Shown: positions 53,722-62,614 of the stretch, one piece after another
Layout of the letters: each line of letters begins with the position of its first letter
How positions within the stretch are numbered: the first letter of the stretch is position 1
Position numbers and translations under genes: made by a program
Assembly: GCA_017501645.1 (NCBI GenBank)
Contig: JAFVWN010000025.1
Location: 438-64,437 of the forward strand
Origin: Clostridia bacterium
Lineage (GTDB): Bacteria; Bacillota; Clostridia; Christensenellales; UBA1242
Length of the DNA: 64,000 bases
Direction of reading: 5' to 3'
Notes under the pieces: model-generated
Seen by the model: only the letters and a program-made list of their open reading frames with translations
What the model was told of the DNA's origin: nothing
Databases searched by the model: none

Positions 53722-53946
53722 ATGGCAAAATCTAGATCAGATTATTTTGGACTTGGATACCTTGTAAGTGTTATTCTTGCAATTATTCCAGTAACATCTT
53801 GGATTTGTGGTTTTGTTACAAGATTCATGGAAGGTAAAATCGTTGCTGGTCTTATTAGACTTATTTTTGGTTTCACAATCGTTTGGATTATTGACCTTAT
53901 CATGATGATTTTCAGCAAGCACATTTTAAGACTATTGAACATTTAG
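53722..53946 (+). CDS. Small (74 aa) two-pass membrane protein, unknown function
   Basis: The ATG at 53722 has GGAGG 8 nt upstream (the ORF track starts at TTG 53692). Two hydrophobic segments. Confidence 0.5.
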   Translation: MAKSRSDYFGLGYLVSVILAIIPVTSWICGFVTRFMEGKIVAGLIRLIFGFTIVWIIDLIMMIFSKHILRLLNI

Positions 53947-53963
53947 TCCCTAAAAAACAAAAA

Positions 53964-53996
53964 AGAGTGCTCAACTTTTGTTGAGTGCTTTTTTTC
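53964..53996 (+). terminator. Intrinsic terminator ending the aspS-gat transcription unit
   Basis: GAGTGCTCAAC / GTTGAGTGCTT stem (CTCAAC/GTTGAG core plus wobble pairs), TTTT loop, then a T-run. Confidence 0.6.
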
Positions 53997-54053
53997 TTTG
54001 ATTAATTTTGATAAAAAGTGTAAAAAAGATAATTGTAAAGGAAGCAGGGGGTT

Positions 54054-54082
54054 GCATAAAAAGTTTAAGTTGCTACAAACTA
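54054..54082 (+). promoter_or_regulatory. Possible forespore (sigma-G/F-like) promoter of the germinant receptor operon
   Basis: GCATA (54054-54058), 17-nt spacer, CAAACTA (54076-54082). This resembles the Bacillus sigma-G pattern GHATR-N17/18-CATxxTA as I recall it. It lies 22 nt before the GTG start. Confidence 0.3.
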
Positions 54083-54104
54083 AAATAAAAAAAGGTTTTA
54101 GATT

Positions 54105-55586
54105 GTGGCGACAAAAAAGGATATAACTCAAAAAATATTGGATTTATTTAATAAAAATGCGGAGGTTGTGGTTCGTAAATTTTTTGTTTGTGAAAAACAT
54201 ATCAACCTCTTTTTTATTGATTGTCTAATAAATAAAGAACTTTTTGCAAGCGGTATAATTGGAGGAATAAACAAGCTTGAAGAAAGCAAAGGTTCAAAAG
54301 AAAAAATAATAGATAAACTTGAAAAAGAATTAATTGCTGTTTCAACAATAAAAAGAATAAAAGAAGAAAAAGAGATACAAGAAGAAATCTTTAACGGTGG
54401 GGTAATTATTCAAATTGAAGGGGAAGAATGGTTGCTTGCCGTTAACACTGCAGGGTATTCAAAAAGGGCAATAACAGAGCCACCAACAGCGAGCGTTGTT
54501 CGTGGACCACGAGAGGGTTTTATTGAGGATATAGAAACAAATATCAGTCTTATTAGGCGAAGATTAAAAACACCAAGCCTTGCAATAAAAAGGCTTACGG
54601 TGGGGGAGAGAACAAACACAAGCATTGCTCTTGTTTATCTTGATGATATAGTAAATCATAAAGTGGTGAAAGAGCTTGAAAAAAATATAAAAAGCATTGA
54701 TATTGATGGTGTTATTGATTCTTATTATCTTGAAGAGTTATTGACAAAAAGTTCAAGTAAATTCTTCAAAAAGTTAGGAAATACAGAAAAACCAGATGTT
54801 TTAACAGCAAAAATTTTAGAGGGGCGAGTTGGAATAATTGTTGACGGTTCGCCAATAGTTCTTTCTGCACCATTTATTTTGTTTGAAGATATGCAGTCGC
54901 CCGGGGATTACTATGATATTCCGCAAAGAACAAGTTTTGTAAGATTTGTGCGTTTTGTGGGACTTATTCTTGCAATACTTTTGCCGGGAATGTATGTTGC
55001 TCTTCAAAGTTATCATTATAGGGTGTTGCCAATCAACTTTTTAATAAGTTTGCTTAGTAGTATAGAAGGGATAAGTTTTCCGCCTATACTTGAAATACTT
55101 TTTGTGTTGTTTTTGTTTGAAATACTTAATGAAGCAAGTGTTCGTATGCCAAAACAACTTGGTATGGCACTTTCCATTATTGGTGCTTTAGTTCTTGGAG
55201 ATACTGCTGTTCAAGCAGGAATTATAACTCCGCCAAGTATAGTAGTTGTTGCAATTTCAGGAATAACCTTATACATTATTCCAAACGAGTCAAGCGAAGC
55301 GAGTCTTTTAAGAACACTGTTTACAATAGTTGGTGGAGTCGCTGGGTTTTATGGGATATTTTTAGGCTTTATTATTCTTGCAACTCATCTTGTGTCGATT
55401 CAGTCTTATTTTGCCCCATATATGGCACCATATGCTCCAAGTGTGGATATTGATAAGAAAGATGGATTTACTAAAAAGCCTCTTTCATATATGTCTACTC
55501 GTCCGCAAAGTTTAAGGATAAAAAACATAATTCGTCAGCGGTCAAAAACGAAAAGTCAAGGAGGAAATGCAGATGGAGTTAACTAA
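54105..55586 (+). CDS. Spore germination protein, GerA (A-subunit) family
   Basis: TEPPTASVVRGPREGFIEDIETNISLIRRRL followed by a multi-pass C-terminal membrane domain. GTG start. Confidence 0.85.
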   Translation: MATKKDITQKILDLFNKNAEVVVRKFFVCEKHINLFFIDCLINKELFASGIIGGINKLEESKGSKEKIIDKLEKELIAVSTIKRIKEEKEIQEEIFNGGVIIQIEGEEWLLAVNTAGYSKRAITEPPTASVVRGPREGFIEDIETNISLIRRRLKTPSLAIKRLTVGERTNTSIALVYLDDIVNHKVVKELEKNIKSIDIDGVIDSYYLEELLTKSSSKFFKKLGNTEKPDVLTAKILEGRVGIIVDGSPIVLSAPFILFEDMQSPGDYYDIPQRTSFVRFVRFVGLILAILLPGMYVALQSYHYRVLPINFLISLLSSIEGISFPPILEILFVLFLFEILNEASVRMPKQLGMALSIIGALVLGDTAVQAGIITPPSIVVVAISGITLYIIPNESSEASLLRTLFTIVGGVAGFYGIFLGFIILATHLVSIQSYFAPYMAPYAPSVDIDKKDGFTKKPLSYMSTRPQSLRIKNIIRQRSKTKSQGGNADGVN

Positions 55587-56754
55587 AAGGCAAGCGCTGT
55601 TTTTAATTACCATTTGTTTTGTTGCAAACAAAGTTCAAAGGCTTCCAAGCTTGGTTTCTTCTGCTCTTGGCAGGCACGGATTTTTGGTGTTTTTTGCTAT
55701 GGGGGTTATTGATGTTTTATTTTTATTACTAGCACTACTTTTTAACAAAAATAACAGAGGAAAAACAACTTATCAAATTTGCAAAACTGCAGGTGGAAAA
55801 TTTTATGCAAAAATTATATATGTGCTACTTGGAATATATTATCTAGCAAATGCACTGCTTCCGTATGAGGCGGTTCACGACCTTTTTGCAAACATTCTTT
55901 TTGACTTTTTGTCTTGGGAAACCTATAGTTTGGTTTTTGCAATAACAGTATTTTTTGTTGCGAACAGAAGGCTTAAAAATATTGGACGATTGGGTGAAAT
56001 CTTTTATTACACAATTGCTTTAAGTTTTATTGTACTTTTAGTCCTTGGTGCGACAACAACAAACTATCAAAGAACACTTCCATTTGCAGACCTAGAAGCA
56101 AAAATGCTTATTGATACTTGTTTAACATACAGCTTATGGTTTGGCGATTTTTTAATAATCTATATGATTGTTGGAAAGGTCAAAGAAGATGGCAAAAAAC
56201 TTGGCTGGCAAATAATTTTGATGTACAGTATTTGTGTTATTGTGATTAGTTTTGCGTATATTGTTTTTTACGGATTATATGAGCATTTGAGTCCAAGTCA
56301 AAACAGTTTAATTAGTTCAATTTCTCAATTTTCGCTTTTGAATTTAGAAATAGGTAGAATTGATTGGTTTTTTGTTCTCTTTTTTCAAATTGGAACGGTT
56401 GTTGCGAGTGGAGTATACTTACACCTTGCAAGCCAAAGTTTTCAAGAAGTGTTTGGAATAAAAGACAAAAAATACATTGTGCTTGTTTTGGTGGCTCTTA
56501 TTTATATTGCGGATATTTTTGTGTTTAAGAGCATACAAGAAGGGGTTTCTATAATTGCTTTTATAAGCAAATATTTTGCAATAAGTATGATATTGTTTAT
56601 GCCTATAATTCTGCTTATTACAGAGATTGTTGCAAACAAAAAAACACTAAAAAAGTATAATTTTGATAAATATCAAATTCTTTATCAAAAAAACAAACAG
56701 CCTCAAAAAGAGCCAAGAAAAGAGCTGAAAGAAAAGGAGGCTGTAAGTGAATAA
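55573..56754 (+). CDS. Spore germination protein, GerAB-type permease subunit
   Basis: A polytopic protein of about 390 aa in the operon B position. AAGGAGG (55558-55564) lies 8 nt before the ATG at 55573 (the track start at 55567 is only 2 nt from the SD). Confidence 0.75.
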   Translation: MELTKRQALFLITICFVANKVQRLPSLVSSALGRHGFLVFFAMGVIDVLFLLLALLFNKNNRGKTTYQICKTAGGKFYAKIIYVLLGIYYLANALLPYEAVHDLFANILFDFLSWETYSLVFAITVFFVANRRLKNIGRLGEIFYYTIALSFIVLLVLGATTTNYQRTLPFADLEAKMLIDTCLTYSLWFGDFLIIYMIVGKVKEDGKKLGWQIILMYSICVIVISFAYIVFYGLYEHLSPSQNSLISSISQFSLLNLEIGRIDWFFVLFFQIGTVVASGVYLHLASQSFQEVFGIKDKKYIVLVLVALIYIADIFVFKSIQEGVSIIAFISKYFAISMILFMPIILLITEIVANKKTLKKYNFDKYQILYQKNKQPQKEPRKELKEKEAVSE

Positions 56755-58006
56755 AGTTATTGATTTTTTAAAGAAGAGAGTTTGGATAATAATTCTTATT
56801 GCTGGAATACTTTTTATTCCTCAAAGTTTTAACTATCAGGCAAAAATCAATATGCGTGTTTTAGTAACGGGTATTGGAATAGACAAAACAGAAAATGGGT
56901 ATGAGGTTACTGCACAGGTAATTATGCCAACTCCCGGAAGCGAGTCTGGAGGAAGTGGGGCAAGGCTTGACTTTATTAGTGAAACAGGTGAAAGCATAAG
57001 TGAAGGAGTGCAAAAAATTGCATATAAAATAGGAAAAACAGCAGGGCTTTCTCACGCAGGATTTGTGATTGTTGGCGAAAATGTTTTAGAGGAAAATCTT
57101 GTTACGCTCTTAGACTTTTTTGCAAGAGATGCAAAGGTAAATCCCTCTCTTATGTTATTAATTTGCGAAGGAAACGCAAAAGATACACTTGAACAAACAG
57201 GGAAACTTGAGCTTTCAGTTGGTGTGGACTTGCAAAAGGTTTTTATTTATAAGCAAAGTTCGTTAAATGGTTTAGTTATGCCAATTGAGGAGTTTATAAA
57301 TGCAACTTTTGGAATTTCTAAAAGTTCGATAGCAAGCGGAATAACAATTGCTCCAGAGGGTGAAGAAAACACATCTTCAAAAGCTCAAAATGAATCTGGC
57401 GGAAATGAACAAGAAGGTTCTTCACAAGGCTCAAATCAAACGCAAGCAAAGAATGCAAGAATAAAGTTCTATAATGAGATTTATTATTTTAAAGACGGAA
57501 AATATATTGGTAAACTTGATGAAGAATATCAAATCTTGGGTGTATTTTTCACAGATAAAACAGCCAACAATGGTGAGTTTAAAATAAGTGGAGTTACTGG
57601 AGGTATTTTAGAAGACGCAACAGTAGGTGTGTCTTTTACAGACAAAAAAGCATCAACAAAAGTCAAGTTTAAAAATGGAAAACCAACATTCACTTTTAAT
57701 ATAAAAATAAAAGACATAAAAATAACTGAAATGCTAAACAATGATAAGCCTTCAGTTAATCTTTATAATAAAATGGATAAAGAAACAATGAATGTTATAA
57801 AAGAAAAAATCAAAGAAGAAGTTCAAAATTTCATAATTTCAGCTTTTGAACAAGCTAAAGCTGATGGTGTTGATATTTTTGATGTTGGGGAGAAAATGTA
57901 TCAAACAAAAACTAAAGAGTGGAAAAAGTTTTATGATGAGTATGGTGATAATTATCTAAAAAATCTTGATGTTAAGGTCAATGTTGAGATTTTGAATATT
58001 AATTAA
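56747..58006 (+). CDS. Spore germination protein, Ger(x)C family
   Basis: VTGIGIDKTENGYEVTAQVIMP is typical of the GerAC N-domain. GTG start with AAGGAGG 6 nt upstream; it overlaps the B subunit by 8 nt. Confidence 0.75.
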   Translation: MNKVIDFLKKRVWIIILIAGILFIPQSFNYQAKINMRVLVTGIGIDKTENGYEVTAQVIMPTPGSESGGSGARLDFISETGESISEGVQKIAYKIGKTAGLSHAGFVIVGENVLEENLVTLLDFFARDAKVNPSLMLLICEGNAKDTLEQTGKLELSVGVDLQKVFIYKQSSLNGLVMPIEEFINATFGISKSSIASGITIAPEGEENTSSKAQNESGGNEQEGSSQGSNQTQAKNARIKFYNEIYYFKDGKYIGKLDEEYQILGVFFTDKTANNGEFKISGVTGGILEDATVGVSFTDKKASTKVKFKNGKPTFTFNIKIKDIKITEMLNNDKPSVNLYNKMDKETMNVIKEKIKEEVQNFIISAFEQAKADGVDIFDVGEKMYQTKTKEWKKFYDEYGDNYLKNLDVKVNVEILNIN

Positions 58007-58016
58007 AATTAACAAA

Positions 58017-58050
58017 ACAAAAAGCGAACAATTAAGTTCGCTTTTTATTT
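58017..58050. terminator. Bidirectional terminator between the ger operon and the convergent ATPase gene
   Basis: AAAGCGAAC (58021-58029), loop AATTAA, GTTCGCTTT (58036-58044). T-rich on both strands. Confidence 0.65.
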
Positions 58051-60761
58051 TAAATCTTGATTCTCTCAAATAACTTATAAATAATATTTATGATTGTTGG
58101 AGAAAGTATTGCAAGTATTACCATAAATAATTTTTGAGTAAGTGTTGTGATGGCTAGCCCAAAGAAACCAGGGAAGAATATAATTCCAAACAAACAACAC
58201 AAGCTCATAACTATAAACAAGATGCTTGTAAGAGCTGTCCAAGGCTTGCAAAGTCTAATAAGAAGACCAAGGCCTGTAAATGTAAGAACTATTGTTGACA
58301 TTGTGCTTAAAATGTCAGTAACTGACTTGCCAATTGTTCCCTCAGTTAAATAGATAAACAAATAGACAGCACAAATGTTAAGAATTAATGTAATTGCACC
58401 CGGCAAAGCATTTCTAATAAGGTTATAGATAAATTTACCGCTTATCGGTTTATCATTTGGCAAGAATGCCAAGAAGAATGAAGGAATACCAATTACAAAG
58501 CTTTCAAGAAGAAGCATTTGTGTTGTGGTTAGAGGATATGTCTTTCTTAAAATCAAGCAGATTATTGAGAATACAATAGTGAATATTGTTTTCATAAAGA
58601 ATAGTGCTGAAGATTTTTGGACATTGTTAATAACTCTTCGACCCTCAAGAACAGTTTCTGGCATACTTCCAAAATCACTGTTAAGAAGTACCATATGTGA
58701 AACGCTTCTTACAGCTTCACTACCGCTCGCCATAGCGATAGAGCAGTCAGCTTCTTTAAGAGCAAGAATATCGTTTACACCATCACCAGTCATTGCGACA
58801 GTGTTTCCAGCAGACTTAATTGCTTTAATTAAGATTGCTTTTTGTTCAGGTGTAACTCTTCCAAAAACGGTGTATTTGTTAGCAGCCGCAATAACTTGTT
58901 TTTCGTTTAGGCCTTCAAGGTTAATAAATGATTCTGTATTGTCAACACCAACTCTTTTAGCAATTTCTGCAACTGTTAATGGGTTGTCACCAGAAATAAT
59001 TTTAACCTTAACGCCGTTGTTTTTGAACCATTCAATAGTTGAAACAGCGTCATCACGAATGCGGTCTTCCAAAATAAGAAGAGCAATAGGTGTTCTGTTT
59101 GATGGTGGGTTGTCCTTTACAATATTTGCAGTAGAGTGGGCAAGGAGTAGAACTCTATAACCATCTTTTGCGTATTGTTCAACCATATTATTTAGTTTTG
59201 CATCATCACAATTAGGAAGTACAAATTCAGGAGCACCCATAATATAAGTTCCAGAGTTTTCAAAAGTTACAGCGCTTAGTTTTCTTGAACTTGAGAATGG
59301 GACAGTTGCTACTGGTTTTAATTCTTTATTGTAACCAAAGTAGTTGATTAAGGCTTGACTAGTTTGGTTATTGTCCCCAAGAGCAGAGAGCATTGAGCCC
59401 ATAATTCTCTTGAGTGTGTATTGAGTGTTATTAAGTTGCAAGCAGTTAAACACTTTCATTGTACCATCAGTGATAGTACCAGTTTTATCAAGACAAAGTA
59501 CATTTACACGAGCAAGCATTTCAACACAGTATAAGTCTTGAACAAGTGCTTTTCTTCTTGCAAGTTTGATTACCGATACAGTAAGTGCTACAGAGCAGAG
59601 AAGGAACATTCCTGCTGGAATCATTCCAATTATAGAGCCTGCAGTTTGAGTAATTGTGTCAACTATACTTTTTGTACTTGCATAGTTGTTTAGGTACATT
59701 AGTATTGCAATTGGAATAATGATAATACCAATTACTTTAATAATGAATTGAAGAGAAGTGAAAAGTTCGCTTTTTGGTTTCTTATATTGTTTAGCTTTAG
59801 CTGCAAGTTGTTGAACATAGTTGTTTTTACCAACCTTGTCAACTCTTGCTTTACAGTGTCCGCTTACAACGAATGAACCAGCGTAAATAGTGTCGCCAAT
59901 TTTCTTTTTTATTGGTAAGCTTTCACCGGTAAGCATACTTTCGTTAACTTCAATTGTTCCGTCAACAACGGTGCTGTCCGCAACAATTTGTTTTCCGTTT
60001 GAAAGCACAAGAATGTCATCAATAACAACCTCGCTCATTGTTATTGTTTGTTCAATTCCGTCTCGTATAACTTTAACGGCAGGAGCGGTTAAGAGCGACA
60101 GTTTTTCAATGGTTTTCTTAGCTTTAATTTCTTGGATAATACCAATAGTGGTGTTTATTATGATTATAACCATAAATAAACAATTTGACCAAGCTCCAAC
60201 ACAAATAAGACTTATGGCAATCGCAAGACATAAAATGTTGAAGAATGTTACAGTGTTTTCAAAGAAAATCTTCTTGTATGTCTTAACGCTCTCATTTGGA
60301 GTAAAGTTTGTTTGACCTTTGTCAACTCTTTCTTGAACTTGTTCGCTTGAAAGGCCAGTATTTGGGTCTGTTTTTACTCTTTTTACTCTAATAGGTTTTG
60401 CTACTTCTTGGTCTTTTTTCTTAGAACGCCCTTTTTTCTTTTTAGAGTTGTCTGCCTCTTGGTCTTTCTTTGCTTTTGAAGAAATATTTTTTGACTTGTT
60501 CTCCATAGCAACTTCAGTTTCGACAGGTTCAAGAGATAAAGCTTTGCCTTCAGTTACCGTTTTTACAGGTGCATCAGCTTTTTCTTCAGGTTTATCTTTT
60601 TCTATCCCTTTAGTTTTAGACGCTTTCGCCTTTTTCTTTTGAACAGGCTTAGTTTCTTCTATATCTTTAGGAGGATTTTCGCTTGCAGAAACCTCTTTAT
60701 CTTCAGGTTCTGCAGAAGTCATAACATCCTCTATTTTTACTTGTTTACCTTTTGGTGCCAT
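58050..60761 (-). CDS. Cation-translocating P-type ATPase (P2-like) with ~135-aa Lys/Glu-rich N-terminal extension
   Basis: DKTGTITDG phosphorylation motif, TGES, TGDGVNDILALKEADCSIAM, and about 10 TM segments. The TM4 motif is IPAGM rather than PEGL. Confidence 0.9.
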   Translation of the reverse strand: MAPKGKQVKIEDVMTSAEPEDKEVSASENPPKDIEETKPVQKKKAKASKTKGIEKDKPEEKADAPVKTVTEGKALSLEPVETEVAMENKSKNISSKAKKDQEADNSKKKKGRSKKKDQEVAKPIRVKRVKTDPNTGLSSEQVQERVDKGQTNFTPNESVKTYKKIFFENTVTFFNILCLAIAISLICVGAWSNCLFMVIIIINTTIGIIQEIKAKKTIEKLSLLTAPAVKVIRDGIEQTITMSEVVIDDILVLSNGKQIVADSTVVDGTIEVNESMLTGESLPIKKKIGDTIYAGSFVVSGHCKARVDKVGKNNYVQQLAAKAKQYKKPKSELFTSLQFIIKVIGIIIIPIAILMYLNNYASTKSIVDTITQTAGSIIGMIPAGMFLLCSVALTVSVIKLARRKALVQDLYCVEMLARVNVLCLDKTGTITDGTMKVFNCLQLNNTQYTLKRIMGSMLSALGDNNQTSQALINYFGYNKELKPVATVPFSSSRKLSAVTFENSGTYIMGAPEFVLPNCDDAKLNNMVEQYAKDGYRVLLLAHSTANIVKDNPPSNRTPIALLILEDRIRDDAVSTIEWFKNNGVKVKIISGDNPLTVAEIAKRVGVDNTESFINLEGLNEKQVIAAANKYTVFGRVTPEQKAILIKAIKSAGNTVAMTGDGVNDILALKEADCSIAMASGSEAVRSVSHMVLLNSDFGSMPETVLEGRRVINNVQKSSALFFMKTIFTIVFSIICLILRKTYPLTTTQMLLLESFVIGIPSFFLAFLPNDKPISGKFIYNLIRNALPGAITLILNICAVYLFIYLTEGTIGKSVTDILSTMSTIVLTFTGLGLLIRLCKPWTALTSILFIVMSLCCLFGIIFFPGFFGLAITTLTQKLFMVILAILSPTIINIIYKLFERIKI

Positions 60762-60804
60762 TTCTTCTCCTTCGATATTAAATCGTATTGAAATACAATT
60801 AAAT

Positions 60805-60832
60805 ATTATAATATATATAACAAATTTGTCAA
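60805..60832 (-). promoter_or_regulatory. Sigma-A-type promoter of the ATPase gene
   Basis: On the minus strand: TTGACA (60832-60827), 16-nt spacer, TATAAT (60810-60805). Confidence 0.5.
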
Positions 60833-60893
60833 CAATATGAGCGTTTTAAATAATAAAGTTTTGATGAAATTTGAGTAAAAAACAAACAAATAC

Positions 60894-60922
60894 TTGCAAA
60901 ATGAAAAAGAACTTGCTATAAT
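60894..60922 (+). promoter_or_regulatory. Sigma-A-type promoter of rpsF-ssb-rpsR (extended -10)
   Basis: TTGCAA (60894-60899), 17-nt spacer, TGcTATAAT (60914-60922). Confidence 0.6.
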
Positions 60923-61011
60923 AAGCACAACAATTCCTTGCATTGTTATTTTTTTGTGTGTAAAACTGAGGAAATATCAATGCCGAATGAGTCCAAAAGG
61001 AGGGTAAAAAT

Positions 61012-61296
61012 ATGAAGACATACGAACTTTTATATATCATTGATTCAACTGTTGCTGATGATAAAAAAGAAGAAATCATCACAAAAGTTAAAACTATTGT
61101 TGAAGAAAATGGTGGAAAAGCTGGTGAGATCGACAAGTGGGGCGTTCGTAAGTATGCATATCCTATCGATTATAAAACCGAAGGATACTATGTTCTTATG
61201 AGTTTTGAAGCACCTGCAACTGTACCACAAATGCTTGAAAGTCAAATGTTAATCATGGAAGGCGTTGTTCGTCACATGGTTACATTTAAGAACTAA
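61012..61296 (+). CDS. rpsF: 30S ribosomal protein S6
   Basis: MKTYELLYIID...WGVRKYAYPI..EGYYVLM. SD AAGGAGG upstream. Confidence 0.95.
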   Translation: MKTYELLYIIDSTVADDKKEEIITKVKTIVEENGGKAGEIDKWGVRKYAYPIDYKTEGYYVLMSFEAPATVPQMLESQMLIMEGVVRHMVTFKN

Positions 61297-61326
61297 TTTT
61301 TTAAGTTTTAAAAAGAGGAAAATTTT

Positions 61327-61743
61327 ATGAATAAAGTTATTTTAATTGGCAATCTTGCTAAAGACCCTGAACTTACAACAACTAACAATGGTGTTTCTTT
61401 ATGTAAATTTACTATTGCTGTTCCTCGTCGTTTCGCTGGTAATGATGGTGAAAGAGAAGCCGATTTCCTTCCAGTTATCGTGTGGAGAGGTCAAGCAGAC
61501 AACTGTTATAAATACTTGAAGAAAGGTAGCAAAGCTGCTATTTCTGGTAGTGTTCAAACAAGATCTTACGAAAGTACAGACGGGCAAAGAAGATATATCA
61601 CTGAAATTGTTGCTGATGAAGTTGAGTTTTTAAGCACTAAAAATGGCGGAGATGACGAAGCTTTTGAAAAGCCTATTAATGAGGGCAAGAAAGATGTCGT
61701 TTCTAAGTTTGAGCCTATTGATGATGACAATCTTCCATTCTAA
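61327..61743 (+). CDS. ssb: Single-stranded DNA-binding protein
   Basis: [18 protein letters not shown] fold and an acidic tail ending DDDNLPF. Confidence 0.95.
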   Translation: MNKVILIGNLAKDPELTTTNNGVSLCKFTIAVPRRFAGNDGEREADFLPVIVWRGQADNCYKYLKKGSKAAISGSVQTRSYESTDGQRRYITEIVADEVEFLSTKNGGDDEAFEKPINEGKKDVVSKFEPIDDDNLPF

Positions 61744-61769
61744 TATTATCAATTTATAAGGAGAAAATT

Positions 61770-62045
61770 ATGAAAAAGCAAGTTAAGAATAACAATAATG
61801 CTTCTTATGATGATAAAAACCCAAAGAAAGTTAGAAAGAGCCCAAAGAAAGTTTGTGCTTTTTGTAATGAAAAGATTGAAGCTATCGATTACAAAGATAC
61901 AGCTCGTCTTAAAAAATATATGACAGAAAAGGGTAAAATCATCCCAAGAAGAACTACTGGTGTTTGTGCTAAGCACCAAAGAGAGCTTACAAATGCTATA
62001 AAGAGAGCTAGAGTTATGGCTCTTCTTCCATACAAAAACAACTAG
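61770..62045 (+). CDS. rpsR: 30S ribosomal protein S18
   Basis: VCAFC..IDYKD...[32 protein letters not shown]. Confidence 0.95.
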   Translation: MKKQVKNNNNASYDDKNPKKVRKSPKKVCAFCNEKIEAIDYKDTARLKKYMTEKGKIIPRRTTGVCAKHQRELTNAIKRARVMALLPYKNN

Positions 62046-62083
62046 AGGGCGAATTTCACCCATCTAACATTGTTAACAAAAAC

Positions 62084-62133
62084 AATCCCAAACAGTTATT
62101 TATGTCTAATAAACGCCTGCTTGGGATTTTTTT
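62084..62133 (+). terminator. Probable rpsR terminator (large-loop hairpin plus T-run)
   Basis: AATCCCAA (62084-62091) pairs with TTGGGATT (62121-62128), with 3 more inner pairs, followed by a T-run to 62133. Confidence 0.5.
62090..62114 (+). repeat. 25-nt perfect direct repeat, copy 1
   Basis: AAACAGTTATTTATGTCTAATAAAC, identical to 62194-62218. Confidence 0.85.
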
Positions 62134-62161
62134 GTTGCCTCGTTATATGGGCAAACTTCGC

Positions 62162-62197
62162 CCTCTAGTACTATAGATGTGTTGGAGGGAACGAAAC
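62162..62197 (+). repeat. Direct repeat unit A (14-nt identical core plus related G-rich tail)
   Basis: CCTCTAGTACTATA (62162-62175) followed by GATGTGTTGGAGGGAACGAAAC. Confidence 0.75.
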
Positions 62198-62218
62198 AGT
62201 TATTTATGTCTAATAAAC
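62194..62218 (+). repeat. 25-nt perfect direct repeat, copy 2
   Basis: AAACAGTTATTTATGTCTAATAAAC, identical to 62090-62114. Confidence 0.85.
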
Positions 62219-62503
62219 TTGAGCATTAATTTGGATATAGGTTTCTTCTTAAAATCTTTATCTAAAAATGAAGAAGAGTTGTTGTAAAAATTGGTTAAGA
62301 GCAAACTGGTAGCAGATTGGGAATTATTTTAGATTCAAAAGGCGAAAACAAGGTTCTTCGTAGTATCTAGATGTTACACGAAAGGTTCTTGATTTGCGAC
62401 TTTTGGGCTAAAAGAAACCCAAGGTGCGTGTTATAGTCCGCCGGTTCGGTAGAGAGGCGGAATTAGTTTACCCGCCGAGCCTTGAGCAAAAACTAAACTA
62501 TGT

Positions 62504-62545
62504 CCTCTAGTACTATAATAGGTTGGGGAGAGGAAACGCAAACTC
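62504..62545 (+). repeat. Direct repeat unit B (14-nt identical core plus related G-rich tail)
   Basis: CCTCTAGTACTATA (62504-62517) followed by ATAGGTTGGGGAGAGGAAACGCAAAC. Confidence 0.75.
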
Positions 62546-62584
62546 GACCCTTTAGTGTGAGAGTTTGGTAATAGACATATAAAA

Positions 62585-62614
62585 AACACAGGATAATAAG
62601 TCTTGTGTTTTTTT
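62585..62614 (+). terminator. Intrinsic terminator inside the ORF-free region (end of an unannotated transcript?)
   Basis: AACACAGG (62585-62592) pairs with CTTGTGTT (62602-62609) with one G-U pair and a 9-nt loop, followed by a T-run to 62614. Confidence 0.6.

Larger units (their letters stand above)
62042..62168. repeat. 12-bp perfect inverted repeat pair enclosing the rpsR terminator
   Basis: CTAGAGGGCGAA (62042-62053, overlapping the rpsR TAG stop) and TTCGCCCTCTAG (62157-62168). Imperfectly extendable inward (CACCCAT / ATGGGCA). Confidence 0.7.

Noticed and set aside
58525-59160. A 211-aa ORF antisense to the P-type ATPase. Similar cases are 52835..53260 and 53273..53602 (antisense to gatB), 1392..1763 (antisense to the ABC genes), 8071..8463 (antisense to cca) and 49165..49497 (antisense to aspS).
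   Set aside because: Each lies opposite a gene with strong family motifs, and none has motifs of its own.
62042-62168. An invertible (phase-variable) segment defined by the 12-bp inverted repeat around the rpsR terminator.
   Set aside because: There is no invertase or recombinase nearby. The enclosed hairpin has T-rich runs on both sides, so inversion would not obviously change termination. The inverted repeat may simply be an extended RNA stem. I kept it only as a described repeat.
62162-62545. A CRISPR-like or tracr-like repeat, because both G-rich tails end in GAAAC.
   Set aside because: There are only two non-identical copies about 340 bp apart, with no regular repeat-spacer periodicity and no cas genes in the window.
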